The notes: a model not told the origin generated them from the sequence alone. Positions 18,920 through 29,102 are shown, numbered from the stretch's first letter. The stretch is DNA of 54,849 bases from a virus (IMGVR_UViG_3300038675_000850:1-54849), one strand, 5' to 3'. Translations and numbers: made by a program.

Positions 18920-19496
18920 CTCTCTTCTCTACAAGAAATATTTTATCTGCTGATTCTTTCAATTCATCAATATGAGTAACAATAATGAACTGAATCCCAA
19001 GCTTCTTTGATATAGCTGCAAGCATTGCAGATGCTTTTGGCTGAAGACTTTTTGAGAGAAAGCGGAAAGGCTCGTCCAGAATTATAGTGTTGGAACTTTT
19101 AGGAGAGCTCAGCCACCATGAAGCTATTCTCAAGGCAAAAGAAGCCACATCCACCACTCCACCACCGGCTTCAGTCATAGGATCAAAAGTAGCCCCATCT
19201 TTTCCAAATACAAGATCAGCTTCTGTCTTTCCTCTGCGGATCTCAAAAGAGACCTTGAATTTGTATGGATCATCAAAGACAGCAGAGAGAGCCAGGGTGA
19301 CCACCTCAGATATTTTCCTTTCAAGATTTTGCTGAGTCTGTTGTCCGACAAGTTGAATTATCCTCAGAGCTTCTTCAGTGTTCTTGCGATCTCTTTGAAG
19401 TCTCTTGATAAGGGTCTCTCTTTCTGAGATCATCTGGATTACAGAGTCTCTCTCCCCTTCTTTCTTCAGAAGTTGTTTGGAAAGATCCTCAATCAT
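18891..19496 (-). CDS. Rad50/SbcC-like ATPase, C-terminal half
   Basis: Signature-like AGGGVVD, Walker B IILDEP, IIVTH. Confidence 0.85.
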   Translation of the reverse strand: MIEDLSKQLLKKEGERDSVIQMISERETLIKRLQRDRKNTEEALRIIQLVGQQTQQNLERKISEVVTLALSAVFDDPYKFKVSFEIRRGKTEADLVFGKDGATFDPMTEAGGGVVDVASFALRIASWWLSSPKSSNTIILDEPFRFLSKSLQPKASAMLAAISKKLGIQFIIVTHIDELKESADKIFLVEKRDGKSVVKEM

Positions 19497-19732
19497 AATG
19501 GATACGCCTCCTCAAAAGCTTCTATGTCTTTGTTGAGCTTCTTTTGAAGAACAGTCAAATCTTTTTCCAGAGAAGCGAGTTTGTCTGTGGCTTCTTCTAC
19601 AGAAGAGCATCCAAAGGTCTTTTTCAGATTCTCCAGAAGAACATCTCTACGGCTCTTTGCGGCAATCTGTTCTTCCTTGAGATTGCCAAGCTGCTTTTGA
19701 AGCTTTAAGATTTTATTTACATTGTCTGACAT
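19493..19732 (-). CDS. Small coiled-coil protein (possible middle piece of the split Rad50)
   Basis: Heptad pattern; lies between Mre11 and the Rad50 C-half. Confidence 0.55.
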   Translation of the reverse strand: MSDNVNKILKLQKQLGNLKEEQIAAKSRRDVLLENLKKTFGCSSVEEATDKLASLEKDLTVLQKKLNKDIEAFEEAYPL

Positions 19733-19743
19733 ACATCCTCCAA

Positions 19744-20628
19744 TTATTTAGTAGATACAAATTCCCAGATTTTGGTTTTAACCGGTTCCCGGACTTCATT
19801 TGCCAGAAGAAAATGTTTAATATTTTCTCCAAAGTTCAGAGAGACATCATAATTTTCATTGACGGAATCAATGAAAGATTCAAGGCGTTCATTGTATTCT
19901 TCAGTCAAATCAATATGGGTCCTGTCAATGACATCCTCTTCTATGGGGATAAAAACTTTTTTTACTTCATTGGTATCTGCGTACCATAGAAATACGCAGG
20001 GCTTATGTTCTGCTTGATCGGCTCTCATCCTCATCATGCTTCCAGGATTGACAAGGACCCTCCCCTCTGAAGTCTCTGACACAAACGTCTGATGGTTATC
20101 CCCTGACAATATCAGAGAGTACTCCAGATGCTCTTTCATAAGTTTCTTTGCAGAGTATGAAAGGATTTTATCTTGGGCCTTGACCGGATTTCCTCCATCA
20201 AGAAGCTTATGGATCATTCCGACATTTCTGTCTTTGATCACCACTCCCATCTTCTGGAATTCTTCAAGGGGAGCCAGAAAAACTGACAGAGCTTTGGAAG
20301 CAGAAAGTACCCCCAGAGAGGAGTCCTTAAAATTATCAAGGTTATGATTTGGGAGATCGTGGTTCCCTGGGATAGAATGTATATGAACTTCTTCATGAGC
20401 AAATAGAAGATCCATGACAGCTATCTCCAGTGCTTTTGATGACTTTGCCTTGTTGAAAAAGTCCCCTGAGCAGAATATGGGGCAGTAGTTATTTTTCTCA
20501 GCCAACTCAAGGAGGAAGGTCAACTTCTTCATTTGAGTGGAAAAATAATCATCTGTTCTGCATAGAGGCTGATCATCTCTGATATGAAGATCCCCACAGA
20601 GAACAGCGTCTGCATTCTTTTTAGCCAT
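19744..20628 (-). CDS. Mre11/SbcD-like metallophosphoesterase nuclease
   Basis: GDLH, GDFF, PGNHD, GDNH, NPGS motifs. Confidence 0.9.
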   Translation of the reverse strand: MAKKNADAVLCGDLHIRDDQPLCRTDDYFSTQMKKLTFLLELAEKNNYCPIFCSGDFFNKAKSSKALEIAVMDLLFAHEEVHIHSIPGNHDLPNHNLDNFKDSSLGVLSASKALSVFLAPLEEFQKMGVVIKDRNVGMIHKLLDGGNPVKAQDKILSYSAKKLMKEHLEYSLILSGDNHQTFVSETSEGRVLVNPGSMMRMRADQAEHKPCVFLWYADTNEVKKVFIPIEEDVIDRTHIDLTEEYNERLESFIDSVNENYDVSLNFGENIKHFLLANEVREPVKTKIWEFVSTK

Positions 20629-21658
20629 GTTTGATCTCCTGACCACAGAGAGGACAGACATCCGGCATTATATCCTCAAGCTCTGTTTCGATGTCTTTTA
20701 TTTGCTCCTGATATTCAGATATATCAGAGGAGCAAGAATTCTCTTCTTTAATTATCTGTTGTAATCCAGTTATTGATTCTTTTACTTCCTCTATTTTGTT
20801 AGAAGTATCTTTCAAGGCTTCCAGCTTCGTCTCAGCATCAGAAAAATTAATCTCCTGAAAATCCAGCTCATTCAAAGCTTCTATGGATTCTGTCAGGACC
20901 ATAATCTTCTCCTGCAGCTCTTCTTCCTTGCTGGAAGCAGAAAGCAATTTTTTGATATCCTCTTCAGCTTTATCAAACTTGATGTCCAGCAGAGCTTCAG
21001 AGGCTTTCGTGATCTGAGAAATGATATCAGATAAACCTGTATACTCCTTCCGAACTTTTGTCTCTTCTCCTGAAAGCTTCTGAAGCCCCTTCAAGCTTTC
21101 TTTAGCTTTATCAATCCAGGAAAGGGTCTCCAGCTTTTCTCTTGCCTGTCCCAGCTCTCCTTCCTGATTGGAGATCTGACTGTTCAGATCCCGGACAGCA
21201 GAGGCTGCTTTCTTCATGCTTTCGTCAATCTCTTCCAGATTAACCACTTTGTTGAAATATCTGGCCACTTCCCCGGAAGATTGGGAAAGAAGAAAAGGGG
21301 AATCCATTTGGTACTGTATATTGACTTCTGAGAAGTTTATTTTCTTGCTTATATCGTCAGGAACTGCTTGTCCAAGCGCTTTGTACTGCGTTGTACCTGC
21401 TCTGTACTCATTTAATTTATCATCTCTGACCTTTTCTATAGTCTCATTATTGAGAGCCATACAAACAGTTGTTTTTTTAGATCCCGTTCGACGATACCTA
21501 TCTCCTGCTGGTTTGTTATTCACAATCCAGTTTATGGCTCTGATTATGGCAGTTTTTCCGGAGTCTGATTTTCCCATTATGAGGTTCACACCCGGACCAA
21601 AGTCCAGGTGTGACTTCGCATGGGATTGAAAATCAATTATGTCAAGACTTTCAATCAT
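20621..21658 (-). CDS. Rad50/SbcC-like ATPase, N-terminal half with Zn hook
   Basis: DFQSH, Walker A GKSDSGKT, coiled coil, terminal CPLCG. Confidence 0.85.
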   Translation of the reverse strand: MIESLDIIDFQSHAKSHLDFGPGVNLIMGKSDSGKTAIIRAINWIVNNKPAGDRYRRTGSKKTTVCMALNNETIEKVRDDKLNEYRAGTTQYKALGQAVPDDISKKINFSEVNIQYQMDSPFLLSQSSGEVARYFNKVVNLEEIDESMKKAASAVRDLNSQISNQEGELGQAREKLETLSWIDKAKESLKGLQKLSGEETKVRKEYTGLSDIISQITKASEALLDIKFDKAEEDIKKLLSASSKEEELQEKIMVLTESIEALNELDFQEINFSDAETKLEALKDTSNKIEEVKESITGLQQIIKEENSCSSDISEYQEQIKDIETELEDIMPDVCPLCGQEIKHG

Positions 21659-21674
21659 CTGCTTTTCCTTAATT

Positions 21675-21935
21675 TTAAATTCGTTTTTTGCTTCTGAGGC
21701 CTTGGTTCTTGGCGTTTGTTTTCTTGGCCGTTTTAATTATTTTCTTGCTTTTGTTATTCTTCTTGAGAAGCTTATCAAGTTTGGCCATCAGTTCGGCTTC
21801 CCGCTCTCTCCAAGGGGCTTCAATCTTGGCAATGAAATCAGCTTCACTGGTAAGAAAGAAATTTTTGATCTTGGAGAGAAGCTTTTTCATTTTTGCAGCA
21901 GTCCATGATACAACTGCTTTTACAATGTCAGTCAT
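21675..21935 (-). CDS. Hypothetical basic protein
   Basis: GGAGG RBS upstream of MTDIVK; Lys-rich tail. Confidence 0.5.
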   Translation of the reverse strand: MTDIVKAVVSWTAAKMKKLLSKIKNFFLTSEADFIAKIEAPWREREAELMAKLDKLLKKNNKSKKIIKTAKKTNAKNQGLRSKKRI

Positions 21936-22431
21936 TTGTTCCTCCTCTTGAATATATTCTTCTGGCATATTCTGCCAGTAAAAGGCTTTCTGCTTTTCCA
22001 TCCATCAGCCTCCCTCTTTCTGTGAGGAAGTTTTGAGCTGGAAATAATTTTGAGGCCACAGCTGCGGAATCATGTTTGCTCTTTTTTACAAGCTGGAATT
22101 CTTTTTTCCATTTCATGGGGTGTACTTCCTGATAAGGAATTCTCAGAACGTCAAGAATAGAAAGAAGCTTTCCATAAGTCACCCCATAGTTGAAGGTTGC
22201 TGGAGCTCCTTGTCCTGGCATGCTCTGGGCTTTCTCAATAACACAAAAGACCTTATCAAGACAGCACTCAGTAATTTCCTTCAAGTCTTCAAAAATGTGA
22301 CGGCAATCGATTTTTCTATCGGATGTCAAAGGAACCTCATTAGCAATGGCCTCATCGATAGAGAATTCCCCTTTTGTAAAGACAATAGATATACCACCAG
22401 TCACCCCTGGATCAATCCCGATAAAGATCAC
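21928..22431 (-). CDS. RuvC-like Holliday junction resolvase
   Basis: IGIDPG, VIEKAQSMPGQG, WKK, DGKAESLLLA. Confidence 0.9.
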   Translation of the reverse strand: MIFIGIDPGVTGGISIVFTKGEFSIDEAIANEVPLTSDRKIDCRHIFEDLKEITECCLDKVFCVIEKAQSMPGQGAPATFNYGVTYGKLLSILDVLRIPYQEVHPMKWKKEFQLVKKSKHDSAAVASKLFPAQNFLTERGRLMDGKAESLLLAEYARRIYSRGGTND

Positions 22432-22568
22432 GGCTTCCTCCTATGATTCAGTACGTCTGCTGAGGACATCTTCTGAATCTTTTTGTAATTTTTAAAGCTG
22501 TGAGTCAGCAGTTTGAAGCAAAGAGTCAGAACCATTGCCACAAGCAGAATCTCAAATATTATTCCCAT
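22428..22568 (-). CDS. Small membrane peptide (46 aa)
   Basis: Manual translation MGIIFEILLVAMVLTLCFKLL...; fills the gap between recA and ruvC with overlapping ends. Confidence 0.45.
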   Translation of the reverse strand: MGIIFEILLVAMVLTLCFKLLTHSFKNYKKIQKMSSADVLNHRRKP

Positions 22569-23647
22569 CTGCATTTCCTCTCTTTACTTGAAATACTATC
22601 CTCTATGGCATTCCATTTTTCGATTACTTTTTTAGCCAGCTCCTCCTCCAGATTGTTTTCTTCAATATGTCGAACGAGGCCTGGCTTGGTATAGTCCACT
22701 TCTTCCCACTGTAACTTCACTTTGCTTTCTTTATCTTTGCCTTGAGGAGTTTTCAGATCATACAAGAAATTGATATTGCTTGTGACATTATCAATCCCGT
22801 AATCAAAGATCAAGTCAAAGAAACAGTTTCTGAATGGCTGAACTACTTTTGCTTTCTTGGTCCATGCCTTAATGGTGGTCCCAATGACTCTTTCCTTCTT
22901 GACCTTCTTCTCAACTCCCGCAAGCCAAAGGCAGACAGAGGCGTAAAAATCAAGAGCCTTTCCACCAGCTCTCAGATACTTTTCCCCGAAAAGCCCTGCA
23001 TTTATATTGTGACGAACCTGGGAAATTATGATGAGGATGGCGTTTTTGTGTTTCAATTCAGCTGCCCTCAGACGAAAAAACTGGGACATGTACTTCTGCT
23101 TTTCCATTGCATATGTCCCCTTGTCATATTTCTTTCCATCTTCCACAGCTTTCTGCCTTTCGTCATCCCGCTCTCTTTCTGCTTCAGAAGAGAGACCATC
23201 AAGGGAGTCCACCACGTAAACCAGGAACTCATCCTCAGATAAATTGTTCATCAGCTTTTTGAGATTGACTCCGAATTCTTCCACCGTGCTTGAGGTGGTT
23301 TGGTCTGTGGGGATCAGATCTACTCCATACATCTCTTTGGTATCAAAAGAAAAGCCTCCTTCACAGTCATCATAAAAGAGTTTTATCTTGTATTTATTGT
23401 TCAAGATTTTTTTGAAATAAATCTTGATCCAATATATGATGGCTTCAACTGCAAGATAGGTCTTTCCACTGCTTGTATCTCCAACTACGTTGAATATGGT
23501 CCCGACCTGAATACCTCCTCCGAGAACCAGATCAAGCAGGGTGACTCCTGTGGGAAGAAATCTTGGCATTTCCACGACCATTTTCTTCTTACTGGTCTGC
23601 TTTATATCGTCTGATATATCAGAGGAAGATTTTTCTTTTTTAGTCAT
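22559..23647 (-). CDS. RecA/UvsX-like recombinase
   Basis: TG..LDLVLGGG, Walker A GDTSSGKT, VVDSL, ISQVR, GGKALDFYAS. Confidence 0.9.
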   Translation of the reverse strand: MTKKEKSSSDISDDIKQTSKKKMVVEMPRFLPTGVTLLDLVLGGGIQVGTIFNVVGDTSSGKTYLAVEAIIYWIKIYFKKILNNKYKIKLFYDDCEGGFSFDTKEMYGVDLIPTDQTTSSTVEEFGVNLKKLMNNLSEDEFLVYVVDSLDGLSSEAERERDDERQKAVEDGKKYDKGTYAMEKQKYMSQFFRLRAAELKHKNAILIIISQVRHNINAGLFGEKYLRAGGKALDFYASVCLWLAGVEKKVKKERVIGTTIKAWTKKAKVVQPFRNCFFDLIFDYGIDNVTSNINFLYDLKTPQGKDKESKVKLQWEEVDYTKPGLVRHIEENNLEEELAKKVIEKWNAIEDSISSKERKCRWE

Positions 23648-23852
23648 TGAGCTCCTCCAGTTTCAGAAAAGAAAGCAGCTTGTCTTTCTTGACATACCAG
23701 ACTCCGGAAACCTTGGTTGCTATTCCCTTTTTGTGGCACCAGACTCTCATAGAATCAATGCTGATCTTTATGCCATAGGAGGCGGCCAAGTTGACCGCCT
23801 CCTTGGTAGACAGAAGTATGGGAGGATCTTTCTTTTCAGTCTTCTGTTTCAT
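23640..23852 (-). CDS. Small helix-turn-helix (Xis/MerR-like) DNA-binding protein
   Basis: LLSTKEAV...MRVWC...KVSGVWYV pattern. Confidence 0.7.
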   Translation of the reverse strand: MKQKTEKKDPPILLSTKEAVNLAASYGIKISIDSMRVWCHKKGIATKVSGVWYVKKDKLLSFLKLEELND

Positions 23853-24912
23853 TTTTCTTTGCCTTCTTTTTCAGGATGGTGAATTCATCGGAACACTCGT
23901 CCCAAAGCTTGCAGTCCTCACATTCATCGGTCGAGTCACAATCTTTTCCGAAAACATGGCCATGAGGACATTTGCTTGATGATTTCTTCTTTGGTTGGTC
24001 TTCTTCCTCGACCTTTCCTTTTTTCTTTGGACGGTCATCATCATCATCGTCCTCATCGTCGTCCTCATCATCGACCTTTCCTTTTTTCTTTGGACGGTCA
24101 TCATCGTCCTCATCATCGTCAGTTTCAATGACTTTGGATCTCTTTTTCGGGGTCTCATCGTCCTCATCATCGGAGGAGGACCCAACAACTCCAAAAAAGG
24201 AGTCCCGGACTTCTTCGTATGAAGGGACCACAAGAAGGCTATCAAGAGCGATGGTTTTTTCCAGGATGCTTTCTTTGTACTGTTTTTCACGATTCTCCAG
24301 GGAGACCTTTTCGATCTTGATGTATTTTCTACCCTTGTAAGTATCTTCATACCCCCTGAATTTGACACTCTTCCCATCTTCCGGATCGAAGAAAACTACG
24401 AACTCTCCGTCCTGGTCGGTCTCTGCTTCTTTCTGTATCTCCAGCTCGAACTGAAAGTGATTGGTCTCGAAAAGCTGGATCTTCTTGGACTCTCCTTTCA
24501 GATCCTTGATGTTATACAACACTCTTCTTTTGGGGTAGAGTTCTTTGATGACATCTTCATCTTCCCCCTGTTCTCTGAGCTCCTCTCGGTGCTCACAAAT
24601 GGGGCATGCTCTTCCGTAGTTCTTTTGCAGGCACAAAAATTCATCCCTTGCCGGGCCTACTGATTTATGCACGTAGACATCCAGGAGATAATCCACTTCT
24701 CCTTTTTTGCATCTGGGGGAATTATCAGTCACAGCGATGAAAGGGAGAATGTCAAGGAGATTGGTTCCCTTCTGAGGTTTATACCAGAGATCTTTTTCAT
24801 CCAGATTATCCACATTGATGAAATTTTTTCCAGACACTCCTCCGGAGTCTTTTGAAGCGTTTGACTGCTTCATTCTTTCTTTGTAGGCATCTTTGAAGGA
24901 TTTTTTACTCAT
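23836..24912 (-). CDS. Single-stranded DNA-binding protein (gp32-like) with acidic repeat tail
   Basis: ILPF, YVH...C......CPICE, RRVLYNI, FFDPEDG; acidic tail and C-terminal Cys cluster; lies between recA and the UvsY-like gene. Confidence 0.75.
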   Translation of the reverse strand: MSKKSFKDAYKERMKQSNASKDSGGVSGKNFINVDNLDEKDLWYKPQKGTNLLDILPFIAVTDNSPRCKKGEVDYLLDVYVHKSVGPARDEFLCLQKNYGRACPICEHREELREQGEDEDVIKELYPKRRVLYNIKDLKGESKKIQLFETNHFQFELEIQKEAETDQDGEFVVFFDPEDGKSVKFRGYEDTYKGRKYIKIEKVSLENREKQYKESILEKTIALDSLLVVPSYEEVRDSFFGVVGSSSDDEDDETPKKRSKVIETDDDEDDDDRPKKKGKVDDEDDDEDDDDDDRPKKKGKVEEEDQPKKKSSSKCPHGHVFGKDCDSTDECEDCKLWDECSDEFTILKKKAKKNETED

Positions 24913-25384
24913 TTGATTTCTTTCTCCTTTTTTCGTTGTATTGGTCTTTGGCTGATTTGGAAATCTCTCCGGCTACAACTTCTCCCCCTTCTTTTGGAGT
25001 TGAAAAGTATCCACCTATATGAAGCTTGACAAGATTTTCAAGAGCTGATTTGCGATGTTCAAAAGCCTTGACAGCGGAGTAATAGATGGAGGATTTTTCA
25101 TTTGCTTCCAGATACTCCTCCATGGCTTCTTTGTATTTTTTATGAGTCAAGATAGAAGCTTCAATTCCCTTGTCTGTGATTTTATCTCCGGATTCAGAAG
25201 CCTCTTCTTTTATCTGTTTATACAATTCTGCTTTTGTGATTTCCACTTTTTCTTTTGCTCGCTTGGCTTTGGAATCCCATTGAGCAGAAAGCTCAGAATA
25301 CTTCATGTAACGAGAAGGTTGTTCAATCCATTCCCGATCCAATCGGCCTTCATTGATCGTTAGATCTTTTTCATAGTCTGACAT
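24905..25384 (-). CDS. UvsY-like recombination mediator
   Basis: Helical; LDREWIEQP...AFEHRKSALENL; located in the recA/ssb neighbourhood. Confidence 0.55.
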   Translation of the reverse strand: MSDYEKDLTINEGRLDREWIEQPSRYMKYSELSAQWDSKAKRAKEKVEITKAELYKQIKEEASESGDKITDKGIEASILTHKKYKEAMEEYLEANEKSSIYYSAVKAFEHRKSALENLVKLHIGGYFSTPKEGGEVVAGEISKSAKDQYNEKRRKKSNE

Positions 25385-25398
25385 TTCGTCCTCCTTAA

Positions 25399-25426
25399 TT
25401 TATATATACCAAAATTTTTAAAAGTG
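25399..25426 (-). promoter_or_regulatory. 28-bp repeated element, copy 1 (putative middle promoter)
   Basis: Identical to 34751-34778; lies just upstream of an AAGGAG RBS. Confidence 0.6.
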
Positions 25427-25438
25427 ATAAGAAAAAAT

Positions 25439-26344
25439 CTATGATATGACAGAAAAACAGGAAAAAATAAGTCCTGCTTTTCCAGTATTAAAGTAATTAT
25501 CAGAGAAGCATTCAATGATGAACGCTGCTCTTTCCTGCCCTGAATTGAGAAGCGCTGAGGACATGTATCCGAGCACTGCCCTCCGCACCTTCTCCGGATC
25601 TTCATCAATCCCCTTGATGATCTTGGACACTTCTTTCCAGGATTCCTTTTTCAGAAGTGCCCGGCAGAGATCAATGACCGCGGCCTCTTCCACCTTGGCG
25701 GATCGGATGGCTTCTTTGATCTCATCTTCTTTTGTGAGTCCTATAACCTTTTGTAAAGTAATTACTGCTTGCCGGGCACTCCCCTCACATTCCTCTGCAA
25801 TATCCTGAAGAATTTCCTTATCAATTTCTTTCTTTTCTTTCTGACATATTGACCAAAGTAATCTGACAATCTGCTGGTCTTTGAGACGCTCCACCGAGAA
25901 GGTAACTGCTCTATTCTTGATTGTAGGAAGAAGCTTTTCCGGTTCCGTTGTACAAAGCATGAAATAAACATGAGCTGGGGTATCCTCCAGGGCTTTAAGC
26001 ATTGCCTGCTGAAAGTCTTTGGTAGTCTGATGAACCTCATCAAGAAGAAACACCTTGACTGATCCATGAAGGGGTTTATAGACCATCTGGGAAATGATAT
26101 CCCGGGCAGTATCAATACCACGGTTATTTGATGAGTTAAGTTCTACCAGGTCATGAGGGGAGCATTGTAGTTCACTGGCTGTGATTCTGGCAAGAGTGGT
26201 CTTTCCACATCCTGAGGGTCCAGTGAATAGATATACGTGGGGCTTTTTTTCTCCTTCAAGAACAGTCTGAAGAGAAGAGATGGTTGATTTGTTTCCTACC
26301 ACATCAGCAAATTTAGTAGGGCGATACTCAATATTGAAACTCAT
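25439..26344 (-). CDS. DnaX (gamma/tau)-like clamp loader AAA+ ATPase
   Basis: YRPTKFADVVG, GPSGCGKTT, LLDEVH, LKALEDTP. Confidence 0.9.
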   Translation of the reverse strand: MSFNIEYRPTKFADVVGNKSTISSLQTVLEGEKKPHVYLFTGPSGCGKTTLARITASELQCSPHDLVELNSSNNRGIDTARDIISQMVYKPLHGSVKVFLLDEVHQTTKDFQQAMLKALEDTPAHVYFMLCTTEPEKLLPTIKNRAVTFSVERLKDQQIVRLLWSICQKEKKEIDKEILQDIAEECEGSARQAVITLQKVIGLTKEDEIKEAIRSAKVEEAAVIDLCRALLKKESWKEVSKIIKGIDEDPEKVRRAVLGYMSSALLNSGQERAAFIIECFSDNYFNTGKAGLIFSCFSVIS

Positions 26345-28824
26345 ATTTCCTCCTTTTGTTTTTTGTTCCACGGCTCATCAATTCCAGCAATGTCCATTTC
26401 TATATCAAGTGGGACTATTATCCAGGGCCAATACTCCCGGATATCATCACACATGATCCGTTTAATGGCCGGTTTGAGATCCTCTACCTCATCTGGCACT
26501 GCATCAAGAACCATGGAGTCATGAATCTGTCCAATTATGAGGGAGTCCATTTTTTCTTTTTCAAGGTGCTCTTGTACATGAATTATTGACCAGAGGAGGC
26601 AGTGAAAAGCAGGTCCCTGCATTGGGAAGTTGAGGACTTCATTTTTAGTATAAAGGCCTCTGCATCTGAATCCTGAAAGAAGATCCACGTATCCTTTTCT
26701 CTGATACTCTTGCCAAGTCTCGTTTTTCCATTCATTATAGACTTGAAACCTATTGTTCCAAAAATCATACTCCACTTTTTTCATATGTTTTTCAAAAGCC
26801 TCATAAGTCTTGAACTTGAGCTGGTCATGAGCTTCTTTCCAAACGGCCTTTGCAGAGTTCACATAATAATCCCCATAGAACTGGGGGAATACAAATTTGT
26901 TTTTAGCCAAGTATCGTTGAATTTTTGAAACTTCATCCAGCTCGAAAATCTCTCTGGCCATGTCTCGGTGCATATCACTGGAAGGATCCTTGATGTATGA
27001 AATCATTTTTGGGTCCTTGTGATTGCAGGCAGAAATCCTGACCTCTATTCCTGAATAGTCTACCTCCATAAGTCTTCTTCCTGGCCTGGGAATGATCCCC
27101 TTTCTCGTCACCTTTTGTGCCAGCTCATCACGAACAGGAATATTTTGGAAATTTGGATTACTGCTACTTCCCCTGAAAGAGATCGCGGTGTTTAGATTAT
27201 ACATGGGATGTAAAAATCTTTTATCAGTCTCTTCAATGAAATTAGTGACGTAAGTATTTCTGAGCTTATACAGCTTTTTGTATTGTACGATATTCTTGGT
27301 AAATTCTGTTCCGATATTTTCAAGAACTTCCGTGTCGGTGCTTTCTTGTCCTGTCTCGGTCTCCTTTTCTGACTTTATTCCAAGCAGATCGAAAAGAAGA
27401 ACCTGAAGTTGTTTGGAGGAATTGAAATTAAAATTTTCTTTGAAATTTGCAGTCCATATTTTTGCTTCATCTGAATTGTTTATCTTCTCTTTGAACTTGT
27501 CCATTTTTCGTTGGAGCAATTCCATCTGAGAGTGATAATAATCTTCATCTATATAAATTCCATTTCTTTCAATCTTTGATAAAACCTTTTGTCCCTTTAG
27601 AAAGAACTCTTTTGCATCTGAACGTTCCTGATCTTTTCTATACAACCTGTATCCATAGTAAGAATCAAGGCCACAATACCTCAACAATTGAGCAAGGGGC
27701 ATTTCCTCCATTTTATTCTTGTCGTTGCCAGATCCTTTTGATGATATATACTTCTGCGCTTCTTTGTCATAACCTATGACCCCGAAATTGACATAGATCT
27801 GAAATTTGAGTCCAGTTATTCCTGATCTGTTATCTGCTATGTGACAATCGATCATAGTATCTGCCACCCAGTTATTAACCGGTACCCCCAACAAGATATT
27901 GGTCCAGACATCCTCATATTTGATGTTGTGTCCCACCTTGCCTATGGTAGACAACATTAGCTTCCTGACTTCTTCTATAAACTCAGGATCATCAAAGAAA
28001 GGAAAGCAAGCAGATCCCTTCATGTAGGTGACCCCAAGACAAAGAATTTTATGCCCGTCTGCATAAGGTTTGAGTCCGGTGGTCTCATAGTCAATGGAAA
28101 CATATTTCCCCTTGATTCCTTTTAAAAACTCAATCGCTCCTTCTTTTGTGAAAATTAGTTCAGGCTCAAAGGATTCCTCGGGAAATTCTTTTTCCCATTC
28201 TACAGCGGTTCTGATATGTCTATTGAACAAGGCATGTAGCACCTTATTATCTGAGTTGTAATTCAGATATTGGGGGTGGTAAGTGGGAAAGACCCAGCAC
28301 TGGTATTTCTGATCAGGAATAGTCCAGCCCACCCACTTTTCCATACTTGAAACGGAATCTCTCTCATGAAGAAAGGATTGCATTGCTATTTTGCCAAGAA
28401 TGATTATTTTCTCTGGGTGATATTTGCGAATGGTCTCGTCAAGATATTTATGGCACAATGCCACCTGGCGATTTGTTGGAGTCTTATTCTTTGGAGGCCT
28501 GCATATAATAGCATTGGTCTTCCAGCAATCTTTATCAAGATCAATTCCATGCTTGTCTAAAGTCTTCCTGAGAGTCTTTCCTGCATCCCCTACAAGTTGA
28601 GATCCAAGCTCATCCTCACTCTTCCCCGGAGCTTCAGCAATAATCAAGATCTTTTTTCTTCCTTCACCAGATGGAGGCATCTTTGGAGTCTGGCAGGTCT
28701 TATACAGACCACATTCTTCACACGCACTTCTTTGATCTTTCTTGCCGGATCTCTTCTTTGCTCCTGGGAGATTGGGCTGTCTTGTTTTATTCTTTTTTTC
28801 CTTCTGGTAAAAAAATCCTTTCAA
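26341..28824 (-). CDS. Family A DNA polymerase with N-terminal family-4 UDG-like domain and 3'-5' exonuclease
   Basis: CEEC.L...C, EAPG, CRPP.N, YHP (UDG4); DYETTG exonuclease motif; DYSGIEVR, KNKFVFPQFYG, QIHDS polymerase motifs. Confidence 0.9.
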   Translation of the reverse strand: MKGFFYQKEKKNKTRQPNLPGAKKRSGKKDQRSACEECGLYKTCQTPKMPPSGEGRKKILIIAEAPGKSEDELGSQLVGDAGKTLRKTLDKHGIDLDKDCWKTNAIICRPPKNKTPTNRQVALCHKYLDETIRKYHPEKIIILGKIAMQSFLHERDSVSSMEKWVGWTIPDQKYQCWVFPTYHPQYLNYNSDNKVLHALFNRHIRTAVEWEKEFPEESFEPELIFTKEGAIEFLKGIKGKYVSIDYETTGLKPYADGHKILCLGVTYMKGSACFPFFDDPEFIEEVRKLMLSTIGKVGHNIKYEDVWTNILLGVPVNNWVADTMIDCHIADNRSGITGLKFQIYVNFGVIGYDKEAQKYISSKGSGNDKNKMEEMPLAQLLRYCGLDSYYGYRLYRKDQERSDAKEFFLKGQKVLSKIERNGIYIDEDYYHSQMELLQRKMDKFKEKINNSDEAKIWTANFKENFNFNSSKQLQVLLFDLLGIKSEKETETGQESTDTEVLENIGTEFTKNIVQYKKLYKLRNTYVTNFIEETDKRFLHPMYNLNTAISFRGSSSNPNFQNIPVRDELAQKVTRKGIIPRPGRRLMEVDYSGIEVRISACNHKDPKMISYIKDPSSDMHRDMAREIFELDEVSKIQRYLAKNKFVFPQFYGDYYVNSAKAVWKEAHDQLKFKTYEAFEKHMKKVEYDFWNNRFQVYNEWKNETWQEYQRKGYVDLLSGFRCRGLYTKNEVLNFPMQGPAFHCLLWSIIHVQEHLEKEKMDSLIIGQIHDSMVLDAVPDEVEDLKPAIKRIMCDDIREYWPWIIVPLDIEMDIAGIDEPWNKKQKEEI

Positions 28825-28966
28825 AGCATATCTCCATTGTGATTAGTAATTGCTCATAATAAAAGAAAGATTGCAATCGTCGGAACTCATTGGGGATCAT
28901 ATCAAAAATAAACTTCTCTCTCTCTCTCTTACTTCCTCCAGGTTCCCCGGCCAGATAAATTATCAT
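28787..28966 (-). CDS. DpdA N-terminus-like mini-protein C (59 aa)
   Basis: Manual translation MIIYLAGEPGGSKREREKFIFDMIPNEFRRLQSFFYYEQ...; below the ORF-track cutoff. Confidence 0.65.
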   Translation of the reverse strand: MIIYLAGEPGGSKREREKFIFDMIPNEFRRLQSFFYYEQLLITMEICFERIFLPEGKKE

Positions 28967-29102
28967 TTATTTTCCACCTGAATTCTTCGTTAAACTCCCG
29001 ATCATTACCGTGGTAATGATAAGAGAACAAGCGTTGACTTAATAGATAGTCAAATTCTCTCTCTCTCTGCACTGTAATATTTCCAGCAAAGTAAATTATC
29101 AT
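28929..29102 (-). CDS. DpdA N-terminus-like mini-protein B (57 aa)
   Basis: Manual translation MIIYFAGNITVQREREFDYLLSQRLFSYHYH...; ATGA-coupled to mini-protein A. Confidence 0.65.
   Translation of the reverse strand: MIIYFAGNITVQREREFDYLLSQRLFSYHYHGNDREFNEEFRWKINDNLSGRGTWRK

Noticed and set aside
23640-23852. Excisionase implying a temperate, integrating phage
   Set aside because: No integrase, repressor or att site is recognisable in the window
23995-24180. Repeated acidic DDEDDDDRPKKKGKV units in the SSB gene resembling a repeat array
   Set aside because: They are in-frame low-complexity coding repeats with no spacer structure; not CRISPR
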